From Lama guanicoe (Eukaryota): a stretch of 64,000 nt of DNA. The stretch lies in assembly GCA_013239625.1 (NCBI GenBank), contig MU054098.1, forward strand, positions 2,357,104 to 2,421,103, read 5' to 3'. Of the stretch, positions 52,689 through 64,000 are shown in pieces. Under the pieces are notes generated by a model that searched no databases, was not told where the DNA came from, and worked only from the letters and a program-made list of their open reading frames with translations. Every line of letters begins with the position of its first letter. Positions within the stretch are counted from its first letter, which is position 1. Position numbers and translations under genes: made by a program.

Positions 52689-53757
52689 ACTTTTTGGAGA
52701 ACAGTTTTAGGTTCAGAGAAAAATTGCGAGGAAGGCACAGAGATTCCCCCATATTCTCCTCTGCCACCACACATGCACAGCCTCTCTCATTATCAACAAC
52801 CCTGACCAGAGTGGTACATTTATTACAATTGATGAACCTACATTCATTGACAAATCCTTATCACTCAAAGTTCATAGTTTACATCAAGGTTCACGCTTGG
52901 TTTTGTATATTTCTATGGGACAAATGTATGCTATATGCCCATGATTATAGTATAATACAGAATATTTTCACTGCCTTAAATATCCTCTGTGCTTTGCTTA
53001 TTCATCCCTCCTTCCCCACTAACTCTTAGCAACCACTGATCTTTTTACTGTCTCCATAATTTTGCCTTTTCCAGAATGTCATATACTTGAAAATCATATA
53101 GAGTGAAAACTTTTCAGATCAACATCTTTAAATTAGTAATGTGCATTTAACTTTTCTCCATATCTTCTCATAGTTTGATCATTCATTTCTTTGTAGTGCT
53201 AAATAATATTCCACTGTCTGGATGTACCATAGTTTCTTTATCCATTCACTTACTGAAGGACATCTTAGTTGCTTCCAAGTTCTTGACAATTATTAATAAA
53301 TAAAGCTGCTATACACATAGTGTGTAGGTTTATGTGTGGGTATAATTTTTGATTGGATAAATACCAAGGAGTGTAATTGCTGGATAATGTGGTAAGACTA
53401 TGTTTAGTTCTGCAATAAACTACCAAACTGTCTACCAAAGTGGCTGTACCATTTTTCATTCCCTCAAGCAGTGAATGAGAGTTCCTGTTGCTCCACATTC
53501 TCACCAGTGTTTTGAGTTGTCAGTATTCTGAATTTGGGGTATTCACCAAGCGTGAACCTTGATGTAAACTATGAACTTTGAGTGATAAGGATGTGTCAAT
53601 GAATGTAGGTTCATCAATTGTAATAAATGTACCACTCTGGTCAGGGTTGTTGATAATGAGAGAGGCTGTGCATGTGTGGTGGCAGAGGAGAATATGGGGG
53701 AATCTCTGTGCCTTCCTCTCAATTTTTCTCTGAACCTAAAACTGTTCTCCAAAAAGT
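52689..53757. repeat. 213-bp inverted repeat with 2 mismatches and a 643-bp spacer
   Basis: Base-by-base comparison of arms 52689-52901 and 53545-53757. The ORF track shows the same peptide on opposite strands. Confidence 0.97.
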
Positions 53758-55281
53758 CTTAAAATGAGTAGTGATATCTTACTGTTTTAATTTGCATTTC
53801 TCTGATGACACATGAAGTAGAATCTCTTTTCATGTGCCTATTTACCATCTATATATCTTCTTTGGTGAGGTCTTTAAGGTCTTGGGTACATTTTTTAATT
53901 GGGTTGTTCTCATATTGTTAAGTTTTGAGAGCTCTTTATGTATTTTGGGTAGAAGTCCTTTATCAGACATGTCTTCTGCAAATATTTTCTCTAAGTCTGC
54001 ACCTTGTCTTTTTATTCTCTTGATAGTGTCTTTTGCAGAGTAGGAATTTTAATTTTAATGAAGTCCAGCTTATCAATTATTTCTTTCATGGATTGTATTA
54101 TTGGTCCTTTGGTTTGTGTCTTTAGACAAACTGATCTTGTCTCATTGCTGGATTTTATTTGCTTTGGTGTTGTATATAAAATGATATCACCAATCCTAGG
54201 ACATCTAGGTTTTCTCCTATGTTACCTTCAAGGATTTTATAGTTTTGAATTTTACATTAAGGTATGTGATCCATTTCGAGTTAATTTTTGTGAAGGGTAT
54301 AAGATCTATGTCCAGATCCATTTTTTATGTGGATGTCCTATAGTTCCAGTGACATCTGTGGAAAAGACTATCTTTCCTTCATTGTATTGCTTTAGTTTCT
54401 TTGTCAAAGATCAGTTGACTATATTTATGTGCCTCTATTTTTGGGTTCCCTGTTCAGTTCCATTTATCTATTTGTTTATTCTTTTGCCAAAACACATCAT
54501 TTTGATGAATGTAGCTCTATATTAGTCTTGAATTCAGGTAGTGTCAGTTCTCCAATGGTGTTCTTCAATATTATGTTGGCTATTCTGGGTTTTTCTCTCT
54601 CCTTATAAACTTTATAATCAGTTTGTCAATATCCACAAAATACCTTACTAGGATTTTTATTGTAATTGCATTGAATTGCATTGACTTCATGAACATGGAA
54701 TCTCTCTCCATTTATTTATTTCTTTGATTCCATTCATCAGAGTTTTGTACTTTCCCTCATATAAATCTTGTACATATTTTTAGATTTATACCTAAGTTTT
54801 TCACATTTGGGGGGAATGCTAATGTAAATGATACTGTGTTTTTAATTCCAAATTCCACTTCTTAATTGCATTACATAGGAACGTGATTAACTTTTGTATA
54901 TTAACCTTGCATATTGCAACTTTGCTATAGTAACTTATTTGTTCCAGGATTTTTTTTTGTTTACTCTTTTAGATTTTCTACATAGATAATTATGTCATCT
55001 ATGAACAAAGAGAATTTTATTTCTTCCTTTCCAATCTGTATACCTTTCATTTCTATTTATTGTTTTATTTTATTAGCTAGGACTTCCAGGATGATGTTGA
55101 AAAGCAGTTGTGAGAGGGGTATACCTGCATTGCTCCTGATCTTAATGGGAAACCTTCGATTTTCTCATCAAGTATTAATATATTTATAGGCTTTTTTGTA
55201 GACATTCTATATCAAATTGAGGAAGTTCTCCTCTATTCCTAGTTTACTGAGAGTTTTTATCATGAATGGGCGTTGGATTTT

Positions 55282-55357
55282 TTTTTTTTTTACTGAAGTA
55301 TAGTCAGTTATAATGTGTCAATTTCTGGTATACAGCATAATGTCCCAGTCATGCATA
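55282..55357 (-). mobile_element. Very short younger L1 3' terminus nested in the L1MC element
   Basis: Poly-T plus actgaagtatagtcagtt...atgcata, flanked by TSD ggg(c/t)gttggatttt at 55268-55281 and 55358-55371. Confidence 0.85.
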
Positions 55358-58300
55358 GGGTGTTGGATTTTGACAAAGACTCTTTCTGCATCTGTTGATG
55401 ATGTGATTTTTCTTCTTTAGCCTGTTGATGTGACAGACTACATTGATTTCTGAATGTTCAACCAGCCTTGCATACCTGGGATAAACCCTACTTCGCTGTG
55501 GCATGTAATTCTTCTTATACATTATTTGATTGAACTTGCTAATACCTTGTTGAGAATATTTACATGTATATTTATGAGAGAGATTGATCTGTAGTTTTCT
55601 TTTCTTAAAATGTCTTTGTCTGGTTTTGGTATCAGGGTGATGGTGGCCTCACAGAATGAGTTAGGAAGTATTCCCTCTGCTCCTATCTTCTGAAAGAGAT
55701 TGTAGAGAACTGGTATAATTTCTTCCTTAAATGTTTCATAGAATAATTCATCTGGACCTGGTATTTCATGTTTTGGAACATGATAATTATTGCTTCAATT
55801 CCTTTAATAGATAGAGACTTACGTAGATGATCTATTTCTTCTTGTGTGAGTTTTGGCAGATTGTGCCTTTCAAGGAATAGGTCCATTTCATCTAGGTTAT
55901 CAAATTTATGTGTATAGATTTATTCAGAGTATTCTTTTACTATCCTTTTAATGTCCATGGGATCTCTAGTGATGTCCCCTCTTTCATTTCTGCTATTACT
56001 CATTTTTATCATTTTTTTCTAGTTAGTCTGCCTAGAGGTTTCTTGATTTTAATGATACAGTCAAAAAGAACCAGTTTTTGGTTTTATTGATTTTCACTAT
56101 TTTAAAATTTTTTAATTTTTTTTTTCTGCTCAAATTTTTATTATTTTTCTTCTGCTTACTTAGGAAATTAGAAAAAAAGCAAATTAATTCCAAAGGTGGA
56201 AGCTTACATATTTGATTTTAACTCTTTCTCCTTTTCTAATATATGCATTCAATGCTATTTCCCTCTAAGCATTGTTTTCACTGAGTCCCACAGATGTCGA
56301 TAAGTTGTGTTTTCAATTTTATTTAGCTAAAATTATTTCTTAATTTCTTTTCAGTTTTCTTCTTTGACCCGTGTGTTATTTTTAAGTGTGTTGTTTCATC
56401 TCCATGTATTTGGGGATTTTCTGAGTATCTTTCTGTTGTTGATCTCTTATTTAATTCCACTGCAGTCTAAGAGCAGACATTGTATGATTTCTATTCGTTG
56501 TCATTTATTTAGTTGTGTTTTATGGCCCAGAATATGGCCTATCTTGCTGAATGTTTCAGTGTGAGCTTGAGAAAAATGTACATCCTGCTGTTGTTGGACA
56601 AAGTAGTCTATAGATGTCCATTATATCCAATTAGTTGATGGTATGGTTAAAAATTCAACTATTTCCCTAATGATTTTCTCCCCACTGGCTCTGTCCATTT
56701 CTGATAAAGGGGCACTGAAGTCACTAACTATAATTGTATATTAACCTATTTCTTCTTGCAGCTCTAGCAGTTTTTGTCTCATGTTTTTTGATGTTCTTTT
56801 GTTAGGTGCATGCACATTAAGGTTTATTATGTGTTTTTAGAGAACTGATCCCTTTATCATTATGTAATGCTCCTCTTTATCCTTGATAATTTTCCTTGCT
56901 TTGAAGTCTGTGGTGAAATTATTATAGCTACTCCTGCTTTCTTTTGATTAGTATCAGTGGGGTATATCTTTTTACATTCATCTACTTTTATTCTATATGT
57001 CCTTATACTTAAAGTAAGGGGTTTTTTTAGACAGCATTATAAGAGGGTGTGTTTTTTATCCACTCTGACAATCTCTATCTTTTGATTAATAAATTTAGAC
57101 CATTGACATTCAAAATGATTATTGATATAGTTTAATTTATGTCATAGTTATATTACAGTCTGTTTGTTGCCTTTGTTCTTTGTTCTTATTTTTGTCTTCT
57201 GCTCTGTTTTACCTTCTGAGGTTTTAATTGAACATTTTATATGATTCCATTCTGTCTCCTTCCTTAACATACCAGTTATAATTTTTTTTTAGTGTTTACT
57301 CTAGAGTCTACAATACACAAGTCCACTTTTAAATAACTCTGTACCATTTCACTGGTAATGTGAGTACTTTATAGTAGGAAAATAATCCTAATTTTTCCCT
57401 TACTTCTCTTGTATCATTCCTGTCATTCATTTTTCTTATAGATAAGCATACATAAGCATATACATACACACATATACAGATATATTCATAAGCATACATA
57501 ATCAAATACTTTGTTGCTTTTATTATTTTGAACTTTTTTGTTAGATCAATTAAAATGCAAAAATAAAGTTTTTATTTTACCTTCACTTATTCCTTCTTCA
57601 ATGTTTTTCCTTTATACAGATCTGAGTTTCTGACCTATATTATTTTCTCTCTAAAGAAATTTCTTTAACATTTCTTGCAAGATAGGGCTACTGGCTCTAA
57701 GTTCTCTCGATTTTTATATGTCAGAGAAAATATTTCTTCTTTACTTTTGAAGCATAATTTCACAGAATACAGAACTCTAGTTTGTTGGGGTTCTTTTTCC
57801 TCCAACAGTTCAAATATTTCACTCCACTCATACTTGCATGGTTTATGATTACATAGTTCTTTTCAAAAGGTTTTGTAAGTGGTAAATTCTCTTAGTCTTT
57901 TTATATCACAAAATGTCTTTTATTTGTCCCTCACTCATGAATGGTAGTTTATCTGTTTGCACAACTCTAGATTGATACTTTCTTCAGCCCTTTGAGTGGA
58001 AATCTGCTTTCTGATACTATTTGCAGCCTAGAACTTATTTCATTTATTTAGCTTTTTAATTTCAATCTCTGTACTTTTTTCATTTCCAAGATCTCTAATT
58101 GCATGTGTTTCTGTTTAATTTATACCTGGTCTAGTTTTCTTTTAATGGATATCTTTATGTATATTTGACAATTTTAAACAATCATTTTAATATCATTTTT
58201 TGATTTGTTATTTTTATTCAGTCTGCAATCAATTCATTTCCTGATTTTATTATTTACCTTCCTTAGACTTATTTTTCCTTAGTTGTGGAATATTAGTTTG

Positions 58301-59399
58301 CAGGCTCAACTTGAGTGAGATCAGTTTTTTTCTTTCATCAACCCTCTCTCTCTAGTACATTTTTAAATTGCCTTTGCTCACAAAAATGCCCACCTTCACC
58401 CTGCAGTTCAGAACCAGGTGACTTAGATCTCTACCCTGATAAGATATTGGTGATATTGCAGATATAATTGTTGAGCTAGTTATGGATTTTGCTCAAGTCC
58501 TATATGCTAAGATGTGTCTGCTTCCTCCCACCTCCTTAGTATACAGCTTTACACAAGTCATAACCTCAAGCTGTTTTCAAATTTCTTTAAATGCAGAAAA
58601 GTCTAACCCCCACCCACCCTCAATACAGAAAAGACTAATATCAGCCCCTGATTCTGAGTAGCAAGCCTAGTTCTAGTTCTGCATTCTCCAATGAAGCACT
58701 TTTAGTCTCCACTATTTCAAAATAGTTGAACACCCATCCACTTTTGCCTACATCTAAATCAGGAGTGCAACAGACATGTGATACTAACCTTGCTTTTAGT
58801 TTTTTGTGTTTCTGCCCATTTTCCTATCCATGAAGATGTTTATCTTGAGTATAGCTGTGTATTCTGTATCTCCTCTGTCTATGTTTTATCTATCATTGCT
58901 ATGTGTTAGAAAAGAAAGGACTCTCCAAGCATGAACTAACCATGCCATTTTGATTGAATGACTCAAAGTATCTTTCCTTTTATTTATGTTACTTGATATT
59001 TAAATAATTTAGCTCTTTGACTTGCAAGTCACAGGTGACATACAAAATAACTTAAAGGAAAAAATTCTCCCGGAGTATTTTTTTGTTGTTTCAGGGAGGG
59101 TGACATTGCTGTCTCTTTCCTCAGGAAAAGTTAAACAGACTAAAAGAACGTCTCAAAACAAGGCAGCTTAAACCACCAAAAAATTACTTCAGAATAGGCT
59201 TTAAAAGCTTTAAAGGAGGACAATAGCCAGATTTCGTGGACTGAAACCCAATGGCAAACCCAATGACCAACAGCCACTAAATCTTGTAAGCAAAATGAGA
59301 TGCTAAACTGCTGGAAATTTGGCCTAAAACTCCCAAAGTCATCCAGAATAAGTCAAAAGATACATTTGCTGAAGTCTGAACTTAAAAATATAGACATAC

Positions 59400-59687
59400 A
59401 GACTTGTGGTTACCGGGGGTGGGGGGGACAGTGTAGAGGGTGGGAAGGGATAGACTGGGATTTCAAAATTGTAGAATAGATAAACAAGATTACACTGTAT
59501 AGCACAGGGAAATATACACAAAATGTTATGATAAATCACAGAGAAAAAAATGTGACAATGAGTGTGTATATGTCCATGAATGACTGAAAAATTGTGCTGA
59601 ACACTGGAATTTGACACAACACTGTAAAATGATTATGAATCAATAAAAAATGTAAAAAAAAAGACAAATCTAGAACATACCAGAAAA
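59400..59687 (+). mobile_element. Young camelid-type L1 3' UTR fragment with short 3' transduction
   Basis: 16-bp TSD aaaaatatagacatac at 59384-59399 and 59688-59703. Nearly identical to 42920-43167. Confidence 0.93.
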
Positions 59688-59744
59688 AAAAATATAGACA
59701 TACTGACCAAATATTAATAACAGGATTAGTTATTATGGTCCCTA

Positions 59745-61885
59745 GGGGAATGACATCAGTGAGACTGCAGAGTAAGGACCTCCAAAAAGCTACTCCTTCA
59801 TAAAATCAGTGAGAACACTGGCAAAATCAACTTTTTTAGAACTCTGGAAATCAATCAGAGACTTTCAACAATTTGACCAACGTTTATTCAAGAAAGATGG
59901 TTGAATCTTGGAAAGAACAGTGAGCTTTGTGGTGTTTTATTTGCTCTGTTCACAACCCCCACCTCCCAGCTGAATAGTAACCTTAAAAACCAACAGCCTC
60001 ACAATCATGATAAAAACCAGCAGCCTAGTAGCCACATTTAAGGGCAGAATGGTTTTGAAGCTCCCCCAAATTACTATTTGCAGAATTGTCATCATTTGAC
60101 CTGTCTTGCAGTTTCATTAAAACCCCAATTCACAGTGCTGGTATTTATTTGACCTAACTCAGACATTTCTCAGTGTGAACAGCCTTTTCCTTGGAGTTTT
60201 GAAAACAATCCGTGGCAATTGTTTAATATCATATCTGCCTAAGATAGCAATAAAACTTGGGGCAAATAAGAAGGTAACCTGAAAACTTATAAGGAAAAAC
60301 TAGGGAATGAGATGCATATAAGGGGGTTTGCAAAGCTCCAACATCTAAAAAGTCATGCAAATGGGTAGGACTGTGTGCTTTCCCAAAAAAAGACTTAAGA
60401 AGGCTTGATTCTCTCACCTCTGGCTGACCTTGAGGCTCTGCATTTACAAACAGGAGCTAAAGGGTAAGGCAGAGTTATAAAGTGCTGGAGGGCTGAAGGC
60501 ATGCCCCAACAATGGCACAGAGACCCTTTGCAAAGGCTGAAAGACCTTTTGGTTCAAATAATTTAAGAAAATCTTTGTCCAACAATTAGCTGACCACTAA
60601 GGAAACCAAACAGAGACTTCAGTAATCATACATGACAAAGAATATAGACTTTAGAGAGTTAATCCAGCAAAGTCATTAAATAAGCAAACAAAAACAACAT
60701 GGCCACAACAAAAACAAATGGCAACAATAAACCCTAGGGCAGTGGGAATCTGATATCCAAACTTGACACATTATTTTAAATGTCCAATTTTCAACAAAAT
60801 TTACAACACAGAAAAAACCCCCCAAAATTTCCAACATATGCAAAGAAACAAGAAATTATAACCCATTCATAGGAAAAGAAACAGTTAGTAAAAATTGTCC
60901 CTGAGGAAGCTCAGATGTTGAATCTACTAAACAAAGACTTTAAATTAGCTATTTTAAACATGTTTTTAAAAACTAAAGAAGACCATATCTAGAGAACTAA
61001 AAGAAAGTATGAGAATGATGCCTTATGAAACTGAACATCAATAAAAAGTTAAAAATTATAAAAATAACCAAATAGAAATTCTGAAATTTAAAGGTACAGT
61101 AACTGAAATGACACATTCACTAGAGGAGTTCAACATCAGATCCGAGAAGGCATCAGCAACCTGATAGGTAGATAAATTGAGATGATCTAGTCTGAGGAAC
61201 AAAAAGAGAAGAGAATAAAGAAAAGTGAACAGAGCCTAAGAGATCTGTGGACATTATTAAGTATACCAAAATATACCTAATAGGAGTTCTAGGAGAGGAG
61301 AAAGAAAAAGGGGTAGAAAGAATATTTGAAGAAGTAATGGCTAAACTTTGCTAACTTAATGAACAACCTTAATCTTCACATACAAGAAGCTCAATGAATT
61401 CTGGGTAGGATAAACTTAAAGAGATCCATAGCTAGACACTGTTAAAACTAAATACAAAATGGAGACTGAACTTGAAAATTCCCTGAGAAGACAAAACCAT
61501 TTAAGTCACATAAATGAAATTTAACTTGGGCTACTTTTCATAAATGCCTCTGACAATCATAAAATAAAAGTAAGTCATCTTCCTAAAAATGGTGTAAGAT
61601 AGTCACTTTCAATCAATTCCTTGCCATCTAGAAACCCCTACTGTAATAACCAAGGTTAAATAACTTTGTCATTTTCATTTTATAAGCAATACAGTAATGT
61701 CATGCCCTTACCTTCATATCAGTCTTTGAATTTGGAAGCTTCCAGTTCATGAGCTGTTCTTATATGGACAATGAACACTAAATACTACCTAATGATTTGG
61801 TGGTTTTAATTCTGATAGTTCTGGATTTGTAAGAACCCATCATAATCAAACTGAAAGTCAAAGAAAAAAAGAAAATCTTGAAAGT
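59745..61885 (+). mobile_element. Old L1 5' UTR and decayed ORF1, interrupted by an LTR
   Basis: L1M 5'-end-like start (ggaatgacatcag...agaactctggaaat). ORF1 remnants tctgaggaacaaaaagagaagagaataaagaaaagtgaacagagcct and gaatatttgaagaagtaatggct. Resumes as atcataatcaaactg after the LTR. Confidence 0.8.
61440..61834 (+). mobile_element. Solo ERV LTR (ERV1-like) inserted in L1 ORF1
   Basis: Starts tgttaaaactaaatacaaaatggag. About 395 bp that split the L1 motif ctagacac|atcataatcaaactg. The 3' end and TSD are degenerate. Confidence 0.6.
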
Positions 61886-64000
61886 ATGGTACTTAATTGT
61901 CTCTCTATATTTTTTATTTAAAAATGTATGCTTTAGGACTATGTCACCCTATATTCAAACAGCCAAACACAAGCATTAGAGCTTCATTTTTATGGAAATG
62001 AATGCTTGTATGGAAAATATATTATTTTTCTGTTATTATATTAGCCTACAGAAAGCCTGATTGTTTGGATCTTGAGTCCATAATCAAAATACTTGCAGGC
62101 AAATTATCTCAGAGGGAAAAGAAACCTGATTATTAAATAAATCAAAATATAAAAACCATTACAGAAATATCTCAACAATCAAGTTTCATTTATTCAGTTT
62201 GATTGGAGAAATGGCATATTTCTTAATTGATCACTCTGAGCAACTAAAAGTTATCAGCTCTTTCTACTTTACATAAATTGCCATTTTTCAAATAATCAGG
62301 ACATAACAACTTGAAAAACAGAAAATCTATTCTAGTGAGAATAATCTTTTTTTTTCAGTGCTTGAACCTTGTTTATAGCTTTAATATCCCCATGGAGAAT
62401 ATGATTCCTCATCATACAGTACTAGAGATATAACTGGTTTTAGAAACTTGGGCTGAATATGCACCAAGTCCTAACCAGTCCTTCTATGTTGCTTTAAAAA
62501 AAATCAATTCTTTATGTTGGTTTTCTTCCTTTTTCTCATCAAAGTAGGTGGTAGAAAATGCCAAAGAAATCTGTTTATTTGATCTTTTCCATGGTCTAGA
62601 CTTCAGATACATAAACAATTTTTTATACCTGACTATAAATTAAGTACTTTGGAAGCAATCGAATGCTTTTGGAAGACAGGGGCAATGTTTTGTAGGCTGT
62701 TTCATAAGATCTTTCAGGATCTCTAAGGATATGAATAAGTTAATCCAACTTCCTAAGGTATCTTTCTTAAAGCCAGTAATACTTCGATGAAACAGAAGAA
62801 TCTACCTCAAACAGTTTAAAAGGACCATGAACTTTACTGAAGAAAAATACAGTAAAGAACCAAATTCCTGTTTTTACTGATTTTTAACTCTCTAGTGGAG
62901 ATAAAAGTAGTATAAATCCACTGGGAAAAGACTTCAGAGAGTTTATAGGACATGGAAAGGGGCAGAGTCTATTTCCTCCAACCTTCTTTAACAAGACTGC
63001 TACCTAGCTGGGTTCATCTACAGAGTAATAGCTTTCTTCCTTAAATGCTTGTGTGGCCCTATAAGAGAGGAGATAAGGTCAAGTTGCTACCAGGACAGTA
63101 AGCCAGTTATTCATTCAATAAATATGTAATAGAAAGCTATCAAAGATCAGGTGTTATACTAGGCCCTGGAGATACAACAGTGAACATAAATGGACACAGG
63201 TCCACCCTTTAAGAGATTACAGTCAGGTGAGGAGTAATTTTTCTTCTCCAAGTTCCCAATTATACAAATTTCCACCTACAGTTCCTAAATGACTTTCAAA
63301 CTCCACTCCAAATTTATCGTAGCCATCAATCAGTAAAACTTGAAGCCAAGAATGAAGTGATTTTTTTTCAGCACATTCCAAATTGCAGGACATTGGGCAA
63401 AAATTAGAACCCTCTACCCCAGGCCTCAAGACCACAGTATTCTATCCTACAAAGCTGTTAGGGGCAACTATGGCCTTTTCTGGTGTGTTTGTTCTTCTGA
63501 GACCCAGTCTGAAGACAGCATTCTCATTCCAAATTAAAAAGAAAGTGCTCTGAACAAGGCATTATAACTTTGTCCCTTTGTTTCTGACTGGTCCTTGGAA
63601 GCCTAGAAATCTGACAGAAAGAACAACCCCCTCCCAAATGGTGTTTTGTTTTATGGATTTAGTCAAATGCACAACAAGCACAGTAAGAACTATGTTGACC
63701 CACAGGGTCTACTTCCATCTCCTTTGTATCCCTCCAGTATTCCATTTGTAAACCTGCATGGATGTTAACATGGAGATTTTGTGATCAGAGGATCTATGGG
63801 GTCAGGGCTTGGAACAGAATTGCTGCAAAATAGTTTGATTAGTCATTGCTCTGAATGGATTAAAGCAGCATGAACACCTGCCTTGCTGCGGGGGACAAAA
63901 GGTGAGGCTGTAGAAATGAATAAAACTCATTTTGCTTCCAGGGGACCATATAGGGCATACTGAACACCATCAAATCTGTTTCTTCCTTTTCCCAGGGCCT

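Larger units (their letters stand above)
52683..57845 (-). mobile_element. Old L1 (L1MC-like), long antisense copy with internal rearrangements
   Basis: L1MC-type 3' end (cagttttaggttcagagaaaaattg...tacaattgatgaacctacatt), then continuous antisense ORF2 remnants (e.g. FLERHNLPKLTQEEIDHLRKSLSIKGIE, 55683-55886). Confidence 0.9.

Noticed and set aside
52574..53029. 151-aa ORF and its duplicate peptide at 53543-53752
   Set aside because: Antisense L1 3' UTR. The peptide identity only reflects the DNA inverted repeat.
54004..54525. Longest ORF in the track (173 aa, plus strand)
   Set aside because: It is the antisense frame of decayed L1 ORF2, rich in F/L/I/C because of T-richness. Not a gene.

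Overview
Mammalian nuclear DNA: AT-rich, CpG-depleted and repeat-dense. It is most likely from a camelid (alpaca, llama or camel), judged from a tRNA-derived Vic-1-like SINE at about 40.5 kb and young L1 3' UTRs of a type I associate with camelids. I can support no intact protein-coding gene, RNA gene or CRISPR array, so the window looks intronic or intergenic. It holds ancient MIR, L2 and CR1 remnants, MaLR/ERVL-type LTRs, DNA transposons (Tigger1, MER58, MER81) and several generations of nested LINE-1. The most striking structure is a 213-bp inverted duplication with only 2 mismatches (52689-52901 / 53545-53757) inside an otherwise old, decayed L1MC-type element. That same element also carries a 31-37 bp micro-inversion. 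Other events readable in the sequence are a twin-primed 5'-inverted young L1, a young L1 with a 21-nt 3' transduction, a probable L1-associated deletion, and a perfect 15-bp hairpin in apparently unique DNA. Repeat family names come from my memory of consensus sequences. Repeat boundaries are approximate unless target-site duplications (TSDs) are given.
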